Virus record (IMG/VR): IMGVR_UViG_3300032290_000098
Span: 1-32,315 of that record
DNA: 32,315 nt
Reading direction: 5' to 3' (one strand)
From: a virus
Taxonomy: Duplodnaviria > Caudoviricetes
Positions 25,777 to 32,315 of this stretch are shown here, one piece after another (within the stretch, counting starts at the first letter, position 1; each line of letters begins with the position of its first letter). Made by a program: the position numbers and the translations under genes. The notes below the pieces were generated by a model. The model did no database searches. It saw only the letters and a program-made list of their open reading frames with translations, and was not told the origin of the DNA.

Positions 25777-26058
25777 ATGATTACCCTTAGCGATTTCACC
25801 CGCATCCGTAACGACGTCAACGGCAACCCGCGTTATGTTTGCCACTTTTTGCACCTGGACGTCTACGCCTGGCAGTCCAACATCGGACTGTCTGACCGCT
25901 ACGCTATTGCCTGCAAGCTCGCCAACAGCATCGGCGGCAAGAAGCACCACACCAAAGCCTATGGCGGCGGGATTGTTTTCCAAGAATATGACGGTTGCCT
26001 GCAATCCTTGTGCGACCGTATCAACCAGTTAACCCAGCGCGAGGAGGTGGCAGCATGA
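25777..26058 (+). CDS. Hypothetical early protein
   Basis: 93 aa, TAAGGAG SD, NDVNGNPRYVCHFL...YGGGIVFQ motif. Confidence 0.8.
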   Translation: MITLSDFTRIRNDVNGNPRYVCHFLHLDVYAWQSNIGLSDRYAIACKLANSIGGKKHHTKAYGGGIVFQEYDGCLQSLCDRINQLTQREEVAA

Positions 26059-26327
26059 AAACCCTCGAATGGTCCGACTTGTGGGCAGCTATGGACGCGC
26101 AGCCCGACCAATGGATTCCGACGACAGAGGCCATGTATTGGCACATGCTGGAGGTCTTGCCCCCGCGCAAGATGGTGGGCGATAACTTCATGGTGGGTGA
26201 GCCCCTGCGCCACAACAGCAAAGGCGAGGCGGTGCACTCATGCTTCACCAAGTTTGGCGGCACCTACAAAGCCCGAAATTTAACCCTGGCCGAATTCATG
26301 GCCGAACATGGATACATCAAAGCATGA
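26055..26327 (+). CDS. Hypothetical early protein (DUF1419-like)
   Basis: Start at 26055 (GAGGAGG SD, ATGA overlap). EAMYWHMLEVLPP...FMVGEP motif. Confidence 0.75.
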   Translation: MKTLEWSDLWAAMDAQPDQWIPTTEAMYWHMLEVLPPRKMVGDNFMVGEPLRHNSKGEAVHSCFTKFGGTYKARNLTLAEFMAEHGYIKA

Positions 26328-26452
26328 GACAGCACTACACCCCAGACCGCGAGCACCGCGCCAGCGCCGCGCTCGACTTCCTCGCCGCACTCGTCGTCGG
26401 CCTTGCCTTGGCCGCGCTCGGTCTGGCTTACTTTGACATTCTTTGGAGCTAA
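26324..26452 (+). CDS. 42-aa membrane peptide
   Basis: ATGA overlap. MRQHYTPDREHRASAALDFLAALVVGLALAALGLAYFDILWS. Confidence 0.65.
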   Translation: MRQHYTPDREHRASAALDFLAALVVGLALAALGLAYFDILWS

Positions 26453-26456
26453 CAAC

Positions 26457-26786
26457 ATGACCGACAAAATGACCGACGCCTACATTGAGGCAATCTATTT
26501 CACCGAAACCGGCGATGAGGGCCAACCTTCGCCTGATGAGCCGCTAAGCCCTGACACCAAGCGCGAGGCGTTTATAGCTTGCCATCGCCTGCGTTTAGCG
26601 TGCTCAGGCGAGATTGATTTGAGCCAGTTTGACCCGGCGCAGGTGGGCCATGATTTATGGTTTACCCGTAACGGCCACGGCGTGGGCTTTTGGGCCCGGC
26701 CTGAAATATATGGCAAGGAAAACGCCCGCATTCTTACGCTCATGGCTCACGCAATGGGTGAACATAACGCCGAATTTGGAGAGTAA
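26457..26786 (+). CDS. Hypothetical early protein
   Basis: GGAG SD, GHDLWFTRNGHGVGFWAR motif recurrent in phage early regions. Confidence 0.8.
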   Translation: MTDKMTDAYIEAIYFTETGDEGQPSPDEPLSPDTKREAFIACHRLRLACSGEIDLSQFDPAQVGHDLWFTRNGHGVGFWARPEIYGKENARILTLMAHAMGEHNAEFGE

Positions 26787-26789
26787 AGC

Positions 26790-26975
26790 ATGACCATCAC
26801 CGAACAGGAGCGCGCCGCGTACATGGCCGGCGACACCAAGACGGCCGACCTACTGGCGCGCATTGACGCGCTGCAGCGGGCCTTAGGCAAAGCCACAGCG
26901 CGGATCGAAGAGTTGGAAGATGAGCTATACGCTGCCCGGCATGAGCGGGCCTATGGGGAGAATGACCCATGCTGA
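26790..26975 (+). CDS. Small coiled-coil protein
   Basis: 61 aa, GGAG SD, heptad pattern. Confidence 0.7.
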   Translation: MTITEQERAAYMAGDTKTADLLARIDALQRALGKATARIEELEDELYAARHERAYGENDPC

Positions 26976-27187
26976 CCACTATCACGCACCTATACCGGTA
27001 CGGCGAGATCGAGATCGACTGTGAGTTGGACTATGAGCCGGGCTATCGGGAGACCGACATTGACCCGGCATGGCCGGCGCAAGCCTTTTTGATAAGCGCC
27101 ACGGTCGATGGGGCCGACGTTCTCCCCTTGCTGCGCGACACCATAATTGCCGACATAGAGGAGGCGGCAGCATGGGCGCAATCCTAA
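26969..27187 (+). CDS. Small acidic hypothetical protein
   Basis: 72 aa, GGGGAG SD, overlaps the upstream stop. Confidence 0.7.
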   Translation: MLTTITHLYRYGEIEIDCELDYEPGYRETDIDPAWPAQAFLISATVDGADVLPLLRDTIIADIEEAAAWAQS

Positions 27188-27234
27188 TCTGCGGCATAAT
27201 CGCTGCACTGCTGGCGGTCTTCTTCGATCTCTAG
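27172..27234 (+). CDS. 20-aa hydrophobic peptide
   Basis: Not in the ORF track. GAGGAGG SD then MGAILICGIIAALLAVFFDL. Ends just before the terminator. Confidence 0.6.
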   Translation: MGAILICGIIAALLAVFFDL

Positions 27235-27248
27235 GCAGTTGCCCACTC

Positions 27249-27275
27249 GGCCCGCGCAATGCGGGCCTTTTTTTT
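27249..27275 (+). terminator. Rho-independent terminator of the early operon
   Basis: GGCCCGC-GCAAT-GCGGGCC-TTTTTTTT. Confidence 0.9.
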
Positions 27276-27302
27276 CTGTAGACGCCGAAGGCGGATGCAG
27301 TT

Positions 27303-29612
27303 TTATTTGACCCGCACCATGAGCGGCGAGGCGGTTTCTTCCACCAGATCGCGCAATTCGGACTTACTGTGCTGCAACATATCGGGCGCGCAGAAAACGT
27401 GCTTGCGCCCGTCATTGGCGCGCGACTTGAGCCGGCCACAGTCGATCCAGCCGGCCTCCTTAAGCGCGTGCAGGAGCGCCGCTTGCGGTACTTTCACGCC
27501 GCCGGGCGCAGAGGCCGCTACGCGGTCACAGAGGGCGTGGAAGGGGCTACCGACGGCGCCTCGGGCGAACTCGCCACGCCGGGCGCGCATCATCTCGACC
27601 AAGTAGCTTTCGGCAATGCTCATGCCATGCTCGACAAGGTTTGCCTTGAACTCGGTCCAAGCCGGCGCAGCGGAGGGGTTGAACGCTGACACGTCACGGG
27701 CCTTCAACCAGGCGGCGATCGCCTCATAGCCGCCGGCCTTGTACCAACCCCAAAGCCGGGCGGCGGCGTCCGGGGCCATGCGAGGCGCCGAGGACCAGAC
27801 GCAGAACCAGCGGCGGTCCTGCGAATCGATTGTGATCGGCACTGGGTCATTCGAAAACGCCAAGACGAACATGCGGTTGAGCGAATCGTACGGGTGCAGG
27901 CCCTTGCGGTTGATCGTGAGCATGTCGGGCGGCGCTGCAATGACCGGCTTGAGCTTGTTAGCCAGGGCGCGGCGCTCACGGGCTTCTGGCTCCTTCAATT
28001 CGTTCAGGATGAGAATCTCGGACTCAAGGGCGTAGCCCCATTGATTGCTCAGAGTGTCGTTGTCCAGCAGGCCCCGGTTCTTGAGTTGCGGCCCACAGAC
28101 GGCCCAGATGAACGGCGCCCAAAGCGTATCCTTGCCGCAGCCTTGGTCCCCACCATGCAACACCGCGTGATTGATCTTGATCTCTGGGTGCTGGACCTTG
28201 TAGGCCATCACGTCCCAGATATGCTCGCGCTCGCTGGCCTCGGGCACCAGCGCCTCGCAGTGGTCCAGCCAAGGCGCAACGTCGGCGCCAGCGTCGGCCT
28301 CGATGGCCGGGCGGGCGTCGCGCCAGCGGTTGCCGTACACGTCGCCGTCACGGGCCACCAGCACGCCCTCGCCGGCGGCGTAGGTGATGCCGACCAGGGC
28401 GCGGGCGCCCATCTCTTGGCGGTTCTCATCGAAGCAATACGACGCCTCGATCTTGGGGCGCTTGCCAAACAGGGACCGGCATTCGATGTGCCTGAACAGC
28501 GCATTGAAGGTCGAGCGGCTGATCTCGCGGCGGTCTTGCAGGTCAAAGTAATGATCGCCCTCTTGGACGTAGCAAAAGCGCTGGTACCACTCGGCGCGTG
28601 TGGTACGGCCCAGCTCTTTGCGCTCGACTTCGGCGATCACGCGCTTGGCCTCGTCGGGGAACGCCTCGGTGGGGTGCAACTTGCCTAGCGCGTCGGTCAT
28701 CATCGAGGCCAACAGTTCATCGCGCAGGCCCGGGGCGTGGGACGGGCCACCGTTCTCGGCCACCCACGACAAGAACGCGCCCGAGTCCAGATCGGTGCAG
28801 TGGCCGTGATAGCAGCAGAACGCCCGCATAGCGGGGTTGTAGCGGCCCTCAGGAGAGCCGTCGGTATGCTGCGCCTCGTTGGGGCAGATGATGCCAGCCC
28901 AGCCCTCAGCGTTGGGCTTACGCAGCACCAGCCCTTGGCCGGACAGCCAGGCCAGCACGTCATCGGCGCCGTCGTCCGACACGCGGATCGGGCGAAAGGC
29001 GGTCACTTCTTCGTGCGGGGTGACGCCCAGGGCCTCGCAGATCTGGGGCAGGGTGAACTGGCGCTCGGGGTGGAACTCGACAAGGCGCGAGGCGAAGCCG
29101 TCGCGGCCAGGCTTGATGTTGACGCTGCCAGGCAGTCGGAAGTTACGCACCGGGTTGATCGCGCCGGCGTCGGTGTAGCCGGCCTCGGCAATAGCCGTTA
29201 TGGCCGCGCTGTACTCGGCTTTGGTCGGTTGTTCTTCGGTGAAGGCGTAGCCCCACTGGTAGCTGCCCTCGCTCGTCTCCATGATCCACGTCGGGGCCAG
29301 CGGCGGCGTCTTGGGGGCCTTGACGGGATCGCCCACGTCGTCCAGCACCATACAGAGGACGTACTCGCAGTTGGCAGCGCTTGCGCGGGCGTAGCCGTCG
29401 GTGAATCGGTCGAGGATGAACGAGGCGGTGTTGCCGTACCACGATTGACCGGCGGCCATCTTCTTGTTGGGCAGGAACGCGGGCCAAGTCGCCTTGACGC
29501 CGCCGTCGGGGTGCAGTTGCACCTCACCGTCTTTAAGTTGTGGTTTTTGCCTGACAACTAAAAAAGTCTCGCCCTCTGGCGCGAGCGATACCATATAATC
29601 CAGAAAATCCAT
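27303..29612 (-). CDS. Primase-helicase (RepB-like AEP primase domain, Cys/His zinc motif, DUF5906/SF3-type NTPase)
   Basis: 769 aa. VLDDVG...PTWIMETSEGSYQWGY, CPNEAQHTDG...FCCYHGHC, Walker A GGDQGCGKDT, Walker B-like ILILNE, AFSN, DRRWF. AAAGGAG SD. Confidence 0.88.
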   Translation of the reverse strand: MDFLDYMVSLAPEGETFLVVRQKPQLKDGEVQLHPDGGVKATWPAFLPNKKMAAGQSWYGNTASFILDRFTDGYARASAANCEYVLCMVLDDVGDPVKAPKTPPLAPTWIMETSEGSYQWGYAFTEEQPTKAEYSAAITAIAEAGYTDAGAINPVRNFRLPGSVNIKPGRDGFASRLVEFHPERQFTLPQICEALGVTPHEEVTAFRPIRVSDDGADDVLAWLSGQGLVLRKPNAEGWAGIICPNEAQHTDGSPEGRYNPAMRAFCCYHGHCTDLDSGAFLSWVAENGGPSHAPGLRDELLASMMTDALGKLHPTEAFPDEAKRVIAEVERKELGRTTRAEWYQRFCYVQEGDHYFDLQDRREISRSTFNALFRHIECRSLFGKRPKIEASYCFDENRQEMGARALVGITYAAGEGVLVARDGDVYGNRWRDARPAIEADAGADVAPWLDHCEALVPEASEREHIWDVMAYKVQHPEIKINHAVLHGGDQGCGKDTLWAPFIWAVCGPQLKNRGLLDNDTLSNQWGYALESEILILNELKEPEARERRALANKLKPVIAAPPDMLTINRKGLHPYDSLNRMFVLAFSNDPVPITIDSQDRRWFCVWSSAPRMAPDAAARLWGWYKAGGYEAIAAWLKARDVSAFNPSAAPAWTEFKANLVEHGMSIAESYLVEMMRARRGEFARGAVGSPFHALCDRVAASAPGGVKVPQAALLHALKEAGWIDCGRLKSRANDGRKHVFCAPDMLQHSKSELRDLVEETASPLMVRVK

Positions 29613-29630
29613 CGAATAGCTCCTTTGGTG

Positions 29631-29656
29631 AAAACGCCCGGCTGCAACCGGGCGTT
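29631..29656 (-). terminator. Hairpin / weak terminator between polymerase and primase genes
   Basis: Minus strand AACGCCCGG-TTGCAG-CCGGGCGTT-TT. Confidence 0.6.
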
Positions 29657-29663
29657 GTTGTTT

Positions 29664-31577
29664 CTACTTACCGTAGCGCGTCATTGTTTGGACCTCAGCG
29701 GCTAAAGGCAGACCCTCGGCCCATGCGGGCGGGGTGCTCATGATACGCTCAAGGTCGATAGGTTGATCGGTCTCGATCACGATTTCATCATGCACATGCA
29801 GCACCACGTCGTCAAGCTGACGCAGCGCGTGGCGCAAGATGTCATTGGCTGCGGCTTGGGTGATGTTCTCGCAGGCCAGGCCCTTCCAGAGACGGGCGCG
29901 GGGCCACTCTGTTGCGTCGGCTGCGGGCTTCCACGATGCTTTGGCGTAAGTCACGCCGTCGCTTTCCAGCCGAGCGTAGGGGTAGCATAGCACGCGCCCT
30001 GATGGCAGCGCATACCACAGGTGCTGACCGTCGAAGAGGTACGCCACACGCCCTGCGCTGAACTCATGGCCGGGGTTACGCATGGCGCGGGTGTATGCCT
30101 CTTCCAAGTCTTGCCAGAACGGCACGGCCCACGGGTTAGCGCGGCGCCACGCCTCAACGATACGCCTGGCCTGCGCCTCCTCGAAATGCACGCCGTAGGC
30201 CCGGCCCATCGCAGCAAACGCCCCCACACCGCCGGCAAAGCCGAGGGCCAGCTCCTGCACCTTGCCAACTTGGCGCTGCTCGCCGGTGACCTCCTCATAC
30301 GCCACGCTGTAGGTCGCTGCGGCGTTGACTTTGTAGGGGTCGAGCTTGCGCCTGAACACGTCCAGCTTGGCCTCGCCTGTGGGGCTGGACGCAAGCCACG
30401 GGTTGACGCGGCCCTCGATGGCCGACCAGTCGGCGACGACGAAGTGCTTGCCCTTGGCGGGTATCAGTGCGGGCCGGAGCATTCCCCGTAGAACATCTGT
30501 GACTCGTTTTCCGTATGCAGGGACAATGTTGTGCCCTCTAACCATAGACTGTCGTACTGCATCAGGTTCCTTAGCGCACTTGCGAGTGAAGTTATGCACT
30601 TGGAGTCCATAGCTCGATGCACGACCAGTGGCGGCACCCCCAGCGAAGACAAAAGCGCCACGGACTCGGCAATCCTCGTCGTCTGCCAGGTCTGCCATGC
30701 GGCTGAACTTCGCAACTGACGACGCCCATAGGTCGTCGGCGCACTGTATAACCTCGGCAACAGCGGGCGGTATCTCATCGGGGTCTCCCATGGCGAGCAA
30801 GTTCGCTCGCACTGTTTTGTCTATCGAATACTTGTCCTTGACCAGCATCAGCTTCTTGGCCTGCTCACCGACACGCGCCAGCACCCACTCGCGCATCTTG
30901 GGCGAGCGCACTGATGTGATCTCGCCCTCGGTCAGCTCGGCCACGCGCTCCTCGATCTCGACCAGCTCGTCATGAGCGTAGCGCATCGCAGCCTTGGCAA
31001 GCGGCACGTCCACCAGCACGCCACGGTCGTTGATGCGCTCGTTGACGTGGTAGTCCATTAATTCTGACTCAGTGAGGGGCCGCATGGCCTTAGAAACAGC
31101 ACGCATCGCACGGACGTCAGTCTCACAATACTGGATCATCTCAGCCATCAGCGCAGCGTCCTCGCGGAAGGTGCCATCAGCCTGCGGGATCGACAGCAGC
31201 CGGATCAGTTGAGCGCCACGGTGATCCTTCTTCATGCTGACGCTGGCGAAGCGACCGACATCCTCCAGCCCACCAGGCGCGCAGTTGGCCCTAGCTTGCG
31301 TGGCGGTGCAGTAGAACTGCTCTAGCTTGAAATTCTGTTGCAAGACGTACCAAAAGATCAGCCGCTCGAAAGCGGCGTTGTGGGCGTAGATGGGGCCGGT
31401 GTGCCCAGCCACCTCTGGCGGGAACGGCTGGTCGGGCGTCCAAGTGACGACTTCGCCGTCGTCGAAGGCGTAGGACATACACAGCACGTCGGTGCTCATG
31501 TCCTGCGCGTAGTTGTAAACGCCTTTGCTACCGAGGTCCACCCGGCTGCGCGTCTCGAAGTCGATCCAAAGGATCAT
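29664..31577 (-). CDS. polA: Family A DNA polymerase with 3'-5' exonuclease
   Basis: 637 aa. Exo motifs DFETRS, AHNAAFE, YCETDV. Pol motif A ADWSAIE, motif B RQVGKVQELALGF, motif C VHDE. Confidence 0.95.
   Translation of the reverse strand: MILWIDFETRSRVDLGSKGVYNYAQDMSTDVLCMSYAFDDGEVVTWTPDQPFPPEVAGHTGPIYAHNAAFERLIFWYVLQQNFKLEQFYCTATQARANCAPGGLEDVGRFASVSMKKDHRGAQLIRLLSIPQADGTFREDAALMAEMIQYCETDVRAMRAVSKAMRPLTESELMDYHVNERINDRGVLVDVPLAKAAMRYAHDELVEIEERVAELTEGEITSVRSPKMREWVLARVGEQAKKLMLVKDKYSIDKTVRANLLAMGDPDEIPPAVAEVIQCADDLWASSVAKFSRMADLADDEDCRVRGAFVFAGGAATGRASSYGLQVHNFTRKCAKEPDAVRQSMVRGHNIVPAYGKRVTDVLRGMLRPALIPAKGKHFVVADWSAIEGRVNPWLASSPTGEAKLDVFRRKLDPYKVNAAATYSVAYEEVTGEQRQVGKVQELALGFAGGVGAFAAMGRAYGVHFEEAQARRIVEAWRRANPWAVPFWQDLEEAYTRAMRNPGHEFSAGRVAYLFDGQHLWYALPSGRVLCYPYARLESDGVTYAKASWKPAADATEWPRARLWKGLACENITQAAANDILRHALRQLDDVVLHVHDEIVIETDQPIDLERIMSTPPAWAEGLPLAAEVQTMTRYGK
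30464..30778 (-). CDS. Candidate 104-aa gene overprinted in the +1 frame of the polymerase
   Basis: GGGAG SD 6 nt before ATG. Host-gene third positions shift to A/T over the overlap. Protein-like composition. Confidence 0.5.
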   Translation of the reverse strand: MRYRPLLPRLYSAPTTYGRRQLRSSAAWQTWQTTRIAESVALLSSLGVPPLVVHRAMDSKCITSLASALRNLMQYDSLWLEGTTLSLHTENESQMFYGECSGPH

Positions 31578-31603
31578 AAAAAAGCAGGGGCCGGAGCCCC
31601 CGC
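31578..31603 (-). terminator. Terminator-like hairpin abutting the polymerase start codon
   Basis: Minus strand GCGGGGGC-TCCG-GCCCCTGC-TTTTTT-ATG. Confidence 0.75.
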
Positions 31604-31609
31604 TCTCAA

Positions 31610-32245
31610 TCAGGCCGCACGACGACGACGGCCAGCAGCAGGCGCTGCCTCAGCTTCAGGCGCGGCTTCAGCCTCGCCGTCCATGCTGACCCACTCCACC
31701 ACTTCGAACACGGGCGTATAGATGCGCCCGTAGCTCTTGTGGGTGTAGTGGTCCTTGCCGAGCTTCACGACAGGCACGGGCTTGGACTGGTCCTTTTCCA
31801 CTTGCGCGGCGATGGCGACAGCCAGAGCCTGCACAGCCTTGCGGCCACCGACCGAGGTCGTGGTGAACCGCGCTTCCATGCCGGCGTCTTCACCGCTGAT
31901 GCACTTCAGGCTAAGGCCCGTCTGCGGCTCCCAGCCCTTCTTCGCGCCAGGAGGCGCTGCTTCCAACTCAGGCAGGGGCTCGGTGACAGACACCAGCTTC
32001 TCAGCCAACACCTCGCCGTCGCCCCAGGCGATAAAGCCGTGGACAAACGAGAAAGGGTTGACGGCCCAGGTCGAGTCAGACTCGGCCTCGGTCTGGTCAG
32101 CGCCAAAGACCCAGTGGCCGGTCCGGTCCATCTTGATGATGGACGTAGACACGGCACTGACATCAGTAGCGATGGAACGCAGCGCGGTCGAGAGGGAAGT
32201 GACGGAAGGCAGGTTAGCGCCAGAGAACTTTACAAGATTTGACAT
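31610..32245 (-). CDS. Putative single-stranded DNA-binding protein
   Basis: 211 aa, strongly biased codons, YTHKSYGRIYTPVFEVVEW motif, flexible acidic C-tail. Lies between nuclease-like and polymerase genes. Confidence 0.6.
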   Translation of the reverse strand: MSNLVKFSGANLPSVTSLSTALRSIATDVSAVSTSIIKMDRTGHWVFGADQTEAESDSTWAVNPFSFVHGFIAWGDGEVLAEKLVSVTEPLPELEAAPPGAKKGWEPQTGLSLKCISGEDAGMEARFTTTSVGGRKAVQALAVAIAAQVEKDQSKPVPVVKLGKDHYTHKSYGRIYTPVFEVVEWVSMDGEAEAAPEAEAAPAAGRRRRAA

Positions 32246-32254
32246 GATTTTCTT

Positions 32255-32315
32255 TCAGAGTTTAGAAAGGGCCTTTGACAGCCCGATAAACGACTGCACC
32301 GCTGGCCGGGGGTCA
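32255..32315 (-). CDS. C-terminal end of upstream gene, probably DUF2800/Cas4-like PD-(D/E)XK nuclease
   Basis: Reads ...DPRPAVQSFIGLSKALSKL-stop. The DPRPA tail and the position before SSB-polA suggest this family. Confidence 0.5.
   Translation of the reverse strand, partial: DPRPAVQSFIGLSKALSKL

Noticed and set aside
27995-28020. Walker B reading ILILNE rather than DE as a sign of an inactive helicase
   Set aside because: Walker A, the sensor Asn (AFSN) and the DRR arginine finger are intact, so this is more likely a family variant. It cannot be judged without an alignment.
29951-30394. 147-aa +1-frame ORF in polA next to the overprint candidate
   Set aside because: Arg/Pro/Ser/Ala-rich composition is what normal polA codon usage produces. 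No SD or codon shift.

Overview
About 32 kb of a GC-rich tailed dsDNA bacteriophage (or prophage) with a P22-like podovirus morphogenesis module. Almost everything is on the minus strand. In transcription order (right to left) there is a replication arm: end of a probable PD-(D/E)XK nuclease, an SSB-like protein, family-A DNA polymerase and primase-helicase (32315-27303). A short plus-strand early operon of small hypothetical genes has its own sigma70 promoter and terminator (25114-27275). A 600-bp non-coding control region carries oriented 9-mer repeats around an AT-rich core, a likely origin (24584-25187). The late arm follows: terS, terL, three small basic proteins, portal, a ferritin-like protein, a ~6-kb block of fibre/spike/adaptor genes inserted between portal and scaffold, scaffold, P22-type coat, decoration proteins, gp4- and gp10-like tail proteins, a needle/fibre, a cupin, three ejection proteins and the start of a membrane (lysis-region) gene. 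The two most striking signals are (1) a candidate 104-codon gene overprinted in the +1 frame inside the DNA polymerase gene, with its own Shine-Dalgarno and a codon-usage shift that tracks the overlap, and (2) a mix-and-match set of fibre/spike proteins built from shared N-terminal anchor peptides and duplicated C-terminal domains. No tRNA, rRNA, CRISPR array, integrase or reverse transcriptase was seen. All family assignments come from motif recognition by eye, not database searches.
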